Assembly: GCA_040900375.1 (NCBI GenBank)
Contig: JBBDZC010000021.1
Span: 5,258-69,257 of the forward strand
Direction of reading: 5' to 3'
Length of the DNA: 64,000 nt
Source: Candidatus Anderseniibacteriota bacterium
GTDB lineage: Bacteria; Patescibacteriota; Andersenbacteria; UBA10190
Shown here: in pieces, positions 46,728-56,818 of the stretch
Numbering within the stretch: position 1 is the stretch's first letter
How the letters are laid out: every line of letters starts with the position of its first letter
Position numbers and translations under genes: made by a program
Notes under the pieces: generated by a model
The model's input: only the letters and a program-made list of their open reading frames with translations
What the model was told of the DNA's origin: nothing
The model's database searches: none

Positions 46728-47387
46728 ATGCGCATTGGGATTGATGCTCACATTATTCTGCCGCAGCACAAGCGGTATGATCCACGGATTGCCCGGTATA
46801 CCGAGCAGCTAATTAATAATATTTTGGAGGCTGACGGCAACGAGGAACATACTTGGGTGCTCTTTTTCGATGAGCGTATGAAGGATACGGCAAAGTTCAA
46901 ACGGAAAAACGTAGAAATTAAACACTTTCCTTTCATTCAGTACCGCACGTACTTACCAGTGGTGTATTCGCACATGCTCATTTCCGCTTTTTTGCGTTCA
47001 GCCCGTCTCGATGTCTTTCACTCGCCGGAGGGACTAATTCCGTTTGTGTATCCGGGTAAGATTGTCACCACCTTTCACTATGTTCCCCGCGGTGAGAGCG
47101 AAAGTAACTTGTTTGTTCGGACTTTTATGCTCGGCGCGCGCGCGGCCTTTGCGCAGCTGTGCCGCCGGGCGCGGCGGATTATTGTTAGCAAGCGCAGCGA
47201 CAAAAAGTTGCTGGTGGAGCGGCACAAGTACCCAGAAGAACACATAGTAGTTATGGAAGAGGAGGATATGGAACGGGTGGATTGGCCCAAACGTATTAAA
47301 GAATTACTGCATGTTTATGATGAGGTCGTCACCGAAAAGACAGCCCGTAAGAAGAAAGAAAAGCTTAAGAAAAAGGCTGTTTCCTGA
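46728..47387 (+). CDS. Truncated glycosyltransferase-like protein (GT4 N-terminal-like) with Lys-rich tail
   Basis: MRIGIDAHIIL and RRIIVSKRSDKKLLVE resemble GT4 segments but EX7E region absent. Confidence 0.4.
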   Translation: MRIGIDAHIILPQHKRYDPRIARYTEQLINNILEADGNEEHTWVLFFDERMKDTAKFKRKNVEIKHFPFIQYRTYLPVVYSHMLISAFLRSARLDVFHSPEGLIPFVYPGKIVTTFHYVPRGESESNLFVRTFMLGARAAFAQLCRRARRIIVSKRSDKKLLVERHKYPEEHIVVMEEEDMERVDWPKRIKELLHVYDEVVTEKTARKKKEKLKKKAVS

Positions 47388-47459
47388 AGGGGGCTTAAGG
47401 GCGGGGAACGCGGCAAACTGCTTCACGTTTTGCTTGTTTCGCCGTACGCTTGAAGGCAC

Positions 47460-50456
47460 ATGACACCATCTGCTTCCAAGGCGGCCTTTGCCGATGTCGT
47501 GGCGGGGGTCGACAGCGATGCGCTCGAGCGAGAGATTTTATCGTTCTGGGATACAGAAAATATTTTTGCGGAATCCCTCGCCCAGACTGAGCAGGGACCA
47601 CTCTATATCTTTTATGACGGGCCGCCGTATGCCACGGGCAAGCCGCACTACGGGCACATTCTCCAGTCAGCAATTAAGGATACGGTCCTGCGGTATAAGA
47701 CGATGCGGGGTTACCATGTACCGCGCCGTGTCGGGTGGGATTGCCATGGACTGCCGGTAGAAACATTAGTTGAGAAAGAGCTTGGTATTACCAGCAAGCA
47801 AGAGATTGAACGGCTGGGGATTGCGGAATTCAATGCACATTGTCGGGCAGTCGTATTTCGCTATATTAAAGAATTTACGACAACTCTGCAGCGAATTGGC
47901 CGCTGGGCTGATTATGACAATGCCTATGCCACGCTTAATCAAGACTACATGGAGTCAGAGTGGTGGGTCTTTAAACAATTGTGGGATAAGGGTCTAGTCT
48001 ATAAAGCGTTTCGCTCAACACCATACTGTATCCGTTGCGCTACACCTCTTTCTAATTTTGAAGTTTCTAGCAACTACCAGGAGACGCAAGATACGGCAAT
48101 CTATGTCCTCCTTAAAGTAGTGGGGAGAGAAAATCTTTACTTGGCTGTTTGGACAACCACACCCTGGACTCTGCCAGGGAATGTGGCAGTCGCAATTAAT
48201 CCTGACCTTTCGTATGTGGTTGTTGAGCACGAAGATAAGAACATAATTGTTGCTCAAGAAAGGGTATCGGAAGTGTTCGATAAAAAAGGCCTCAATCAAG
48301 CACTGCTTAGCTTGCAGGAACTCACTACTTTATCATATGAACCCCTCTATAATTTCTTACCAGCGGCGGGGGCTTACCGAGTAGTGGAAAGCGAGCATGT
48401 CACGAGTGACGACGGGACCGGTTTAGTCCATATTGCCCCGGCCTTTGGTGAAGAAGATTTTGTGGTAGCCAAAAATAATAGTTTGCCGACGCTGCGAACA
48501 GTTGATCCCCACGGTAACTTCATTCCCGAGGTTACGCTGTGGGCGGGAAAGAATATCTTTGCGGTTAACCAGGAGATTATTGTCGAGTTAGAGCAGCGTG
48601 GACTTCTGCTTAGACAAGAGTCTTTTCGCCATAGCTACCCTTTTTGCTGGCGTTGCGATCAGCCGCTCATTTACTATGCACTCGATACTTGGTTTATTCG
48701 CGTGGAAGAACTCAAAGAACGCATGCTCAAGATTAATGAAAAGATTGACTGGACGCCGAAGCATGTTCAGCACGGCCGTTTTGGTAAAGGCATTGTCGCC
48801 GCTCCTGATTGGGCAGTCTCGCGGAATCGTTACTGGAGCGTCCCGCTGCCGATATGGGAGTGTGATGCCTGTAGTCGCCGCGTGTGTTTGGGCAGTGTGG
48901 CAGAACTGCAGGAGCTTAGTGGTCAACACGATATTCCTGATCTTCATCGGCCCCTGGTTGATACCTTTACCTGGCCATGTGGAGCGGCGCTGGGCGCTGA
49001 TGGCACAACTCCTGAAATCTGCGAGGGCACTATGAGACGGACACCGGAGGTGCTTGATGTGTGGTTTGATTCAGGGGCCATGCCGTATGCGCAGTGGCAC
49101 TACCCATTTGAGCGAAAAGAATTTGTCGAGCAAGGATACCCGGCGGATTTTATTGCCGAGAGCATTGAAATGACCCGTGCCTGGTTTTATGTCTTGCATG
49201 TCTTAGCGACAGCGCTAACTCAAGAAGACATTGGTTTAGGTGTTGATCAGCCAGCGTTTAAACACGCCATTGCCTCGGGCCTCATTTTTGCGGAGGATGG
49301 CAAGAAGCTTTCCAAAAAGCTTAAAAATTATCCGGAAATTGAACCTACTCTCGAGCGGTATGGGGCTGATACGCTACGCTTTTATTTACTGGCAAGTACT
49401 AGCCTAGGGGAGCCGTACCGATTTTCCGAGAAAGACCTTAAGCAGGTACAACGGGCGTTCTATATGACGCTCTGGAATGTATATAGCTTCTTTGTCCGCT
49501 ACGCCAATACGCATGCCTGGCGTTCCAGTAAGCGGCGCCGGGCGAGCACCCACCTTCTTGATCAATGGATCCGAGCGCGGCTGGCACAGTTCGAGCGAGA
49601 GGTAACGCAGCACTTGGAAGAGTATACGATTGACCAGGCCGCTCGGGCTTTCTTAGGCTACAGTGATGACTTGAGTAATTGGTACGTGCGCCGTTCTCGG
49701 TCGCGATTTCAAAAACCAGTCTCGCGGGCAGCGGCGGATGAAGCTTTTGCGACGCTCTACGAAGTGTTAACCCGCACGGCGGTGGTCCTGGCCCCTTTTA
49801 TGCCGTTTGTGAGCGAAGCAATATATCGCAATTTGGCGGGACAAAAGCCAGCCCAGGGCAAAAAGACTTCGGTGCACTTGGCGGCGTGGCCAAAAGCGGC
49901 GGCTAGCAAGAATCGGGAGAAAACTGTTTTAGAGGACATGCGGCATGTCCGGGAAATTGTTTCCCAGGGGCTAGCGCTACGGGCGCAGGCAGGTATTAAG
50001 GTGCGGCAGCCTTTAGCAGAACTGGCGGTGAGCGGAAAATCACTCGGGGAAGAATTGACCGAGATGATCCGGGATGAGGTTAACGTCAAGGCAGTTTCGT
50101 ACCAGTCAGTTGTCCCGCAAGAGGGTTGGTTAGTGGCCGCGTCACGCGAGGAAGAACAGATAGGCTTGGATACGCGCCTGACTCCCGCATTGCGTCACGA
50201 AGGTTATGCCCGAGAAATTATTCGCTACGGGCAGGTACTTCGCAAAGAAGCTAACTATGCTCTCAATGACCGGATTATCGTTAAGGCGGAAACTACCGAC
50301 CAAGACCTACAAGCCGTCTTGGCCGCATATGGTTCAGATATTAGAGAAGCCTTGCAAGCCGAGACCATCGAAGTTATCGGGGACAATTATGATGTGGAGC
50401 GGGTAATCAAAATTGATAGCAAAACAGTAACCCTCGCAGTACGTCGGGCGTCGTAA
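47460..50456 (+). CDS. ileS: Isoleucyl-tRNA synthetase (type 2, no C-terminal zinc-finger)
   Basis: HYGH (HIGH), KKLSKKLKN (KMSKS), editing CP1 insertion; C-terminus lacks Cys cluster. Confidence 0.9.
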   Translation: MTPSASKAAFADVVAGVDSDALEREILSFWDTENIFAESLAQTEQGPLYIFYDGPPYATGKPHYGHILQSAIKDTVLRYKTMRGYHVPRRVGWDCHGLPVETLVEKELGITSKQEIERLGIAEFNAHCRAVVFRYIKEFTTTLQRIGRWADYDNAYATLNQDYMESEWWVFKQLWDKGLVYKAFRSTPYCIRCATPLSNFEVSSNYQETQDTAIYVLLKVVGRENLYLAVWTTTPWTLPGNVAVAINPDLSYVVVEHEDKNIIVAQERVSEVFDKKGLNQALLSLQELTTLSYEPLYNFLPAAGAYRVVESEHVTSDDGTGLVHIAPAFGEEDFVVAKNNSLPTLRTVDPHGNFIPEVTLWAGKNIFAVNQEIIVELEQRGLLLRQESFRHSYPFCWRCDQPLIYYALDTWFIRVEELKERMLKINEKIDWTPKHVQHGRFGKGIVAAPDWAVSRNRYWSVPLPIWECDACSRRVCLGSVAELQELSGQHDIPDLHRPLVDTFTWPCGAALGADGTTPEICEGTMRRTPEVLDVWFDSGAMPYAQWHYPFERKEFVEQGYPADFIAESIEMTRAWFYVLHVLATALTQEDIGLGVDQPAFKHAIASGLIFAEDGKKLSKKLKNYPEIEPTLERYGADTLRFYLLASTSLGEPYRFSEKDLKQVQRAFYMTLWNVYSFFVRYANTHAWRSSKRRRASTHLLDQWIRARLAQFEREVTQHLEEYTIDQAARAFLGYSDDLSNWYVRRSRSRFQKPVSRAAADEAFATLYEVLTRTAVVLAPFMPFVSEAIYRNLAGQKPAQGKKTSVHLAAWPKAAASKNREKTVLEDMRHVREIVSQGLALRAQAGIKVRQPLAELAVSGKSLGEELTEMIRDEVNVKAVSYQSVVPQEGWLVAASREEEQIGLDTRLTPALRHEGYAREIIRYGQVLRKEANYALNDRIIVKAETTDQDLQAVLAAYGSDIREALQAETIEVIGDNYDVERVIKIDSKTVTLAVRRAS

Positions 50457-50508
50457 GTGCTATTGGTAAAAATTAGGTTACTCGCTTGCCGACCAGGCGA
50501 AAAAATCA

Positions 50509-51297
50509 GTGATGCGGTATACTACACTCATGATGCGGCGGGAAAAGATTCATGCCCTGATCCTGGCACGGAAAAATAGCGGCGAGGCTGACCGCTTTTT
50601 GACGCTATTCACGCGTGATTATGGGTTGCTGCGGGTGGTGGCTAAAGGTGTGCGTAAAATTCCCTCACGGCGGGGTGGCCACCTTGAGCCGCTGACGCAC
50701 GCCCTCGTCATTATTTCAGGAGGACCGGGTCATTACTTTTTAGCGGCGGTGGAGACCCAGCACGAACATCTAACTTTACGCCGTGATACTGTGGCCCGGG
50801 CTCATGCCCAGACTTTAGCTCATCTGCCTATTTACCTCTTTGAAGAAGCGGAAGTGAATGCGACATTATTTGATGCTGTTCACCATGCGTGGCAGATTTT
50901 GCCTGACTTAGAGATTGCCAAACAGCAAACACTGGTGACTGCTGTGACGCTCCATGCCTTGCGGTGTGCCGGGCTCATGCCGGACCTGGCCGCCTGCCAA
51001 GCATGTGGAGTGCAGCAACCAACTGATGCAGTAATTATGGATGCCCGGGGCGGCGGGTGGCGCTGTCTGCCGTGTCTCACCAGCTTGTCGGGGACACGGC
51101 TGTCGCTTTCTCCACGACTACTCAAGGCGGTCCGTTTTATTGCGCGCTATCCCGAGCGAGCGCTGCAGGTCCGCCTGGCGGCTGAAGAAAGCCAGCAAAT
51201 TGGGGCGACCATTCAGGAATATGTTGAGCATACTATTGGCAAATCTCTACTCTCCCCGCCCGCGCCGCTCTTGACGCCACTGCTATATGCCCAGTGA
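50509..51297 (+). CDS. recO: DNA repair protein RecO
   Basis: OB-fold N-terminus and C-terminal CxxC...CxxC zinc motif. Confidence 0.8.
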   Translation: MMRYTTLMMRREKIHALILARKNSGEADRFLTLFTRDYGLLRVVAKGVRKIPSRRGGHLEPLTHALVIISGGPGHYFLAAVETQHEHLTLRRDTVARAHAQTLAHLPIYLFEEAEVNATLFDAVHHAWQILPDLEIAKQQTLVTAVTLHALRCAGLMPDLAACQACGVQQPTDAVIMDARGGGWRCLPCLTSLSGTRLSLSPRLLKAVRFIARYPERALQVRLAAEESQQIGATIQEYVEHTIGKSLLSPPAPLLTPLLYAQ

Positions 51298-53329
51298 GAA
51301 GAAGGGGCTACCAGTACCCGCCGATTCTCAACCGGGCGAGGGCAAGCCTCCGTTACCGGGTAATTTAACCACGCCTCCTGGTCAGTCCGAAGAAGCAGTG
51401 TTGAGCCAGCTCAAGCGGGAGTTATACGCCCGAGATGAATCAAAGACGATTACTAATCGGGGTGAGGAATTGCACCACCTCGGCATTCGCCGACAAGTGT
51501 TGCCACCAGCGATAGTGAGCAAGGAAGAGCCAACAGTTGCTTTTGAAAGTTTGATAACTAAGCGAGCCAAACGCCGCCGCCGCGTATTGCTGGGCGCGGG
51601 CGGCATTAGCTTGCTCATTTTTTTGTTTGGCAGCGCGGTGGCGGGAACGTTGTGGTACCGCCTGCGCCAGACGGTGAAGCAAGAACAAATTAGAGTAGAG
51701 CTGACCGCGCCGACCGAGTTTACGACTGGCGAAACGATTACCTACCGGGCACAGTTGCGCAATGATAGTTATGTTGATTGGGAAAATGTGGAGCTAGTTT
51801 TTGAACCGCCCCGAGGCTTTCGCTACCGCGAGAGTTCGCACGAGCTACAGCGCAATAATAAGCAATATACGGCAACCTTGAACACGCTGGCGAGCGGGCA
51901 AGAGGCGACGGTCGAGATCAATGGTCAGTTGCTGGGGGAGCATAATGCTTCACTGGTAGCCCGGGCGGAAGTAGTCTTTACGCCAAAGAATTTTCCGAGC
52001 GGGCGATTTACGAAATCAACCTTGGCGACGACGGTGATTACTTTGGTGCCCATTGATGTAGCGATTGATGCGACTGATGAAGCCCAGAGTGGCGAACGTC
52101 TACTGGTCACCGTGCAGGTACGTAACAATAGTCCCAATACTTTAGAAGGAGCATACCTTAGGATCAACCCTGCCCCAGGGATGGAAGTTGCCCCGGAAGA
52201 TGCGCAATTCTCCCCAGGGTTTTCGGTGGTTGATTCGCGGTGGGAACTGGGAGTGCTCGAGCCGCTCGCGAATGTTCAGCGCCAACTTGTAGTTTATGTC
52301 GAGGGCGAGCCGAGCGAGCGGCGGACACTCGATGTCGAGTTGGGCATTCAAGACGGTGAGGAGGAGTTTATTCAACGCTCGGTAGCCCACTTAATCACTA
52401 TCACCGCTTCTGCTTTGGCGGTTGAGCAAGTCTACAATGATCAGAGTAACTCGCTGATCGTTACTCCTGAAGAGCGAATTAGCGGCGTGATCCGTTACAC
52501 GAATATTGGCACCGGAGGACTTAAAAATGTGGTCATTAAGGTAGCTTTTGAAGGAACGGGCATTGATCCGGCTTCGCTGCGGCTACCGGCTGGAGCCTAT
52601 GACCCAACTACGCGCACAATTACCTGGACGGCTGCTTCTGTGTCGGCGCTGGCGACAGTGCAGCCGCGCCAGGAAGGGTCAGTGTCGTACGAGTTTCAGA
52701 TTCTCCCCGCGGCTGGTTTTCCGACGTCCGGAGATGACGCGAAAAATAATGTGCTGACAGCAATCGCCACAATTGATAGTCCGGATTTAATTACCCCGAC
52801 TGGGCAGCAGCGTAACTTAGTCTCTGATCGGTCAGTTTTATCAATTGCCACGACACTCTCATTGGAGACGGATGCTTTCTATGATGATGGTCGCCTCGGC
52901 ATTGAAAGTAGTGGACCCTTGCCGCCACGAGCCGGGGAACAAACAACGTATACACTCCGTTTTCGTTTAGGCTCGACACTCAATGATATGGGTGACGTAA
53001 AGCTTGTTGCTGTTCTGCCAGATGGAGTGCGGTATATGGATAAAATATATAAGACGGCCGGCGAAGTCACGTTTAACGAGCGCACCGGCGAGATCATTTG
53101 GACGCTGCCGACTTTAGCTGGTCTGACCGCGCGCGCGCTACCAGGGGAGGAACTTCAAGCCCAAATTGCCATTACCCCGGCTGAACACCAACGCGGCCAA
53201 AGCATTACTTTCCTTAACCGTTTGACGGCTGAAGGCACTGATCTCTTTACGGAAAATTCAATTCAGACCCAGATAACAAGCTTCCCCACAACCGAGACCG
53301 CTGTGAGGAATAAAGGCACGGTCGAGTAG
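51287..53329 (+). CDS. Large membrane-anchored surface protein with repeated beta-sandwich (DUF11/CARDB-like) domains
   Basis: Cytoplasmic N-terminus, basic stop-transfer RRRR + TM, then about 550 aa repetitive extracellular region; 11-nt overlap with recO. Confidence 0.5.
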   Translation: MPSEKKGLPVPADSQPGEGKPPLPGNLTTPPGQSEEAVLSQLKRELYARDESKTITNRGEELHHLGIRRQVLPPAIVSKEEPTVAFESLITKRAKRRRRVLLGAGGISLLIFLFGSAVAGTLWYRLRQTVKQEQIRVELTAPTEFTTGETITYRAQLRNDSYVDWENVELVFEPPRGFRYRESSHELQRNNKQYTATLNTLASGQEATVEINGQLLGEHNASLVARAEVVFTPKNFPSGRFTKSTLATTVITLVPIDVAIDATDEAQSGERLLVTVQVRNNSPNTLEGAYLRINPAPGMEVAPEDAQFSPGFSVVDSRWELGVLEPLANVQRQLVVYVEGEPSERRTLDVELGIQDGEEEFIQRSVAHLITITASALAVEQVYNDQSNSLIVTPEERISGVIRYTNIGTGGLKNVVIKVAFEGTGIDPASLRLPAGAYDPTTRTITWTAASVSALATVQPRQEGSVSYEFQILPAAGFPTSGDDAKNNVLTAIATIDSPDLITPTGQQRNLVSDRSVLSIATTLSLETDAFYDDGRLGIESSGPLPPRAGEQTTYTLRFRLGSTLNDMGDVKLVAVLPDGVRYMDKIYKTAGEVTFNERTGEIIWTLPTLAGLTARALPGEELQAQIAITPAEHQRGQSITFLNRLTAEGTDLFTENSIQTQITSFPTTETAVRNKGTVE

Positions 53330-53433
53330 GCGAGACAGCAATTCATTATTCACCAAGCTCAACTTTTGGTGCTTGACGGGGGTGAGAGATCACCCTACGT
53401 ATAACAAATACCTTATATAGTAGAGAAGGTACT

Positions 53434-54579
53434 ATGTTTTCATTTCAGGTGAAGAAACAATTAGGCGAGGCACGCTTCAGTGTGCTCACGACCCCGCATG
53501 GCAGTATTCCAGGACCGTTTTTTCAATTTGTCGCTACTCAAGCTGCTATTCGCGGCATGGTTTTTACTGAAGATCTGCAAAAGCTCGGGGTAGATATATT
53601 ATTAGCCAATACCTATCACCTACACTTACGACCCGGAGAAGATATTGTGGCTGCCGCGGGCGGCCTTCATGAATTTATGCAGTGGGAGCGGCCGATCACG
53701 ACTGATTCGGGCGGCTACCAAGTATTTAGCCTAGGTACACAGGTTACGGTAGATCCTGGCGGTGTGACCTTTCGCTCACCGCGCAGTGGCGACCTGGTTC
53801 GCTTCACACCCGAGAGCACCATGCAGATGCAAGCGAAATTAGGGGCGGATATCATCATGCCGCTCGATGTGTGCACGCCTTATGGGGCATCACTGCCGGA
53901 GGTAGCCCGCGCGGTGGAGCAGACGACCGAGTGGGCAAAGCGTTGCCAGCTTGAGCATGAACGTCTCCAGTCAGGACGGCCGTTTCCCCAAGTGGTATAT
54001 GGAATTGTGCAGGGAGGAGTATATCCTGACTTACGGGAAAAAAGCGCGGCTAGTTTACGCGAGTTAAACTTTTTCGGCTATAGCATTGGTGGGGAGCTGC
54101 GGGATCAAGATGACTACATGGTAGAAGAGGGAGTGTTGATGACGACTCCTCATTTACCAGCAGATAAACCCCGGTATCTGATGGGCTCTGGTGCCCCCGA
54201 AGATATCGTCAGAGCCGTGCGGGCAGGGATTGATCAATTTGACTGTGTGTTACCGGTGCGTAACGCCCGCCACGGGAAAGTGTATATGGATCTTAACACG
54301 ACAGAATTAATTGCTTGTCTACGTGATCCCGCACGGCCGGTTGAGCCCGCGCGTTTGTATACCGCCCACGATATGCGCAAGAGTATCTATGCGCGGGACT
54401 TCTCCGTTTTCTCGCCGGCTAACCCGGCCACTGAACGCGCTTACAGTCGAGCGTATGTGCACCACCTCTTGCGCGCCGAACCACTGTCTGGCGTGAGGCT
54501 GACGGTGCTCCATAATATCCATTTTTATGTGCAACTCCTGCAGGCGATACGCCAGACAATTGAGGCTTACGGCTCGTAA
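53434..54579 (+). CDS. tgt: Queuine tRNA-ribosyltransferase
   Basis: LANTYHL...TDSGGYQVFSL and zinc site region. Confidence 0.9.
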   Translation: MFSFQVKKQLGEARFSVLTTPHGSIPGPFFQFVATQAAIRGMVFTEDLQKLGVDILLANTYHLHLRPGEDIVAAAGGLHEFMQWERPITTDSGGYQVFSLGTQVTVDPGGVTFRSPRSGDLVRFTPESTMQMQAKLGADIIMPLDVCTPYGASLPEVARAVEQTTEWAKRCQLEHERLQSGRPFPQVVYGIVQGGVYPDLREKSAASLRELNFFGYSIGGELRDQDDYMVEEGVLMTTPHLPADKPRYLMGSGAPEDIVRAVRAGIDQFDCVLPVRNARHGKVYMDLNTTELIACLRDPARPVEPARLYTAHDMRKSIYARDFSVFSPANPATERAYSRAYVHHLLRAEPLSGVRLTVLHNIHFYVQLLQAIRQTIEAYGS

Positions 54580-54612
54580 TATGGACGATAAGGGCTGTGC
54601 TATACTGGCGCT

Positions 54613-55164
54613 ATGCCCCTAGAAGTGCCGCGCCATAGCCCATCACTGGCTACGTCCCCGCCCAAGAGCGGCGAGCGGAGCGAGTCTGTGCCAGCCCATA
54701 CCTGGGCTGCGCGGCATAAACCTAGTTTTTCCGAGCGTCTCTTAGAGCGAGGGCCGTGGTATTCCGAGCGAAAGCGGCGGCGCAGCAGCTATATTAAGGA
54801 AACTTATAAGCCGGCCCGCAGTAATTTTAAAAAAGGGAAAGACCGGCAGCGTCAGCAGTTGGACAGAACACTAGAATTGAAACAGCGCGACATTGACCGC
54901 AAATGGCGTGTGCCAGCTTTACAGGAACGCTTGAAACAGGAGCGTAATCCGCGCACGCGTGAACGAGTGGCGCGTGATCTTGCGCATGCCCAAGAGCGAG
55001 CCCAGGAGGAATACGGACGATTTGCTAAAGATCAGGAGCAGGCGCACACGTTGTGGCTTAGGACAACGGAGCGAGGACTATACCAACAAAAAGAGGAAGC
55101 TTTTCGGACGATCACGCGAGACATGAATACCATGTGGCGCACGATGCATACTGATGAAGAATGA
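54613..55164 (+). CDS. Highly charged (Arg/Glu-rich) hypothetical protein
   Basis: ORF only. Confidence 0.4.
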   Translation: MPLEVPRHSPSLATSPPKSGERSESVPAHTWAARHKPSFSERLLERGPWYSERKRRRSSYIKETYKPARSNFKKGKDRQRQQLDRTLELKQRDIDRKWRVPALQERLKQERNPRTRERVARDLAHAQERAQEEYGRFAKDQEQAHTLWLRTTERGLYQQKEEAFRTITRDMNTMWRTMHTDEE

Positions 55165-55389
55165 GGCAAGGGCAGGGCTTGCGCTTTACTGGCGCACATA
55201 GTTAAATACGGTGATATTTGCTAAGTTGTTGAAGAGCTGCCTATGTGTACGTCACTGCCCACCATGGAAACAATTGTCACTCTAGCGAAGCATCGGGCCC
55301 CAGTAGTACCTGCCCGTCCGGCAGGCGGGGAACCTACTTGGTTCACTACAGGGCTCGCTCGGCTTAAAGTATTATAGAGGAATTGCTAT

Positions 55390-56769
55390 ATGGCTGACAT
55401 AGAAATGGAAAAAATCGTTGCGCTTGCTAAACACCGCGGCTTTATTTTTCCTGGCTCGGAAATTTATGGCGGGCTGGCAAATAGTTGGGATTATGGTCCG
55501 CTGGGAACCCTGCTTAAGAATAATTTACGGGATGCTTGGTGGAAGTTTTTTGTGCAGCAGCGCCGTGATATGGTAGGGCTTGATGCGGCAATCTTAATGA
55601 ATCCAGAGGTATGGAAGGCTTCGGGCCATGTCGCTAACTTTAATGATCCGCTCATTGATTGTAAGTCGTGTCAGACTCGTTGGCGGGCTGATACACTGCT
55701 CGCCCAGCAGGCGCCCGAGATTACAGTGGCAGGCCTTAGTTTTGCCGATTTGCAAAAACTTTTTGCCGGGCGGGCATTCAAGTGCCCGCAGTGCGGGGCG
55801 AACGATTTTACCGAGGTGCGCCGCTTTAATTTATTATTTGAAACTTCGCTTGGCGTGGTAGAGGGGCAGAAGCAGACTATTTTTCTGCGGGGCGAGCTCG
55901 CCCAGGCGATGTTTGTTGATTTCAAGCGGGTGATGGAATCGATGCGCAAGCAACTGCCTTTTGGCATTGCCCAGGTGGGCCGCGTATTCCGTAATGAAAT
56001 TACCCCCGGTAACTTTATCTACCGGACGTTGGAGTTTGATTTAATGGAGTTCGAATATTTTATCGCGGCGGAGAATTGGCAGGAAATGTTTGATTACTGG
56101 CTAGAGCGGATGCAGCACTGGGCGGTTGTTGAAGTGGGGCTGACGGCCGCGCGCTTGCGCGTGCGCGAGCATCAACCTCATGAGCTCGCCCATTATTCCT
56201 CCCGGACTGCGGATATTGAGTACGAAACACCGTTTGGCTGGAAAGAGCTTTTTGGTTTAGCCTACCGCGGGGATTTTGACCTCAAGAACCATGCCGAGAA
56301 AAGCGGACAAGATTTGCAGGTGCTTGATCCAAAGTCAGGAGAAAAATACTATCCTCATGTGGTGGAACCGACCTTTGGTTTAACGCGGCTGGTGCTCATG
56401 ACACTTCTTGATGCTTATCACGAGGAGGAGGTCGAGGGGCAACTACGAGTGGTGTTGCGCTTCAAGCCGCAACTCGCGCCATATCAAGTCGCCATCCTTC
56501 CCCTTTCAAAGAAAGAAGAGCTCATGAAGGTGGCGCTGCCATTGGCCGATGAGTTGAGCCGGGTCATGAGCGTTGACTATGATGTGACGCAATCAATTGG
56601 CAAACGGTACCGCCGCCAAGATGAAATTGGCACACCTTATTGCGTGACGATTGATTTTGCCACACTGCAGGATGATCAGGCGACGGTGCGCGAGCGAGAC
56701 TCGATGAAGCAGGAGCGGATTGCCTTATCCCAGATCGCCTCGTATTTGCACGATAAGCTTCGGTCGTAA
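55390..56769 (+). CDS. glyQS: Glycyl-tRNA synthetase (class II, alpha2 homodimer type)
   Basis: HRGFIFPGSEIYGGLANSWDYGPLG and class II motifs. Confidence 0.9.
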   Translation: MADIEMEKIVALAKHRGFIFPGSEIYGGLANSWDYGPLGTLLKNNLRDAWWKFFVQQRRDMVGLDAAILMNPEVWKASGHVANFNDPLIDCKSCQTRWRADTLLAQQAPEITVAGLSFADLQKLFAGRAFKCPQCGANDFTEVRRFNLLFETSLGVVEGQKQTIFLRGELAQAMFVDFKRVMESMRKQLPFGIAQVGRVFRNEITPGNFIYRTLEFDLMEFEYFIAAENWQEMFDYWLERMQHWAVVEVGLTAARLRVREHQPHELAHYSSRTADIEYETPFGWKELFGLAYRGDFDLKNHAEKSGQDLQVLDPKSGEKYYPHVVEPTFGLTRLVLMTLLDAYHEEEVEGQLRVVLRFKPQLAPYQVAILPLSKKEELMKVALPLADELSRVMSVDYDVTQSIGKRYRRQDEIGTPYCVTIDFATLQDDQATVRERDSMKQERIALSQIASYLHDKLRS

Positions 56770-56818
56770 AGATCTTTACGTAATTTATTTACTCTTTACT
56801 CAAGAATCCCGGAGACCT

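Noticed and set aside
50457-50508. Terminator after ileS
   Set aside because: The hairpin is weak and is followed by an A-run rather than a T-run on the coding strand.
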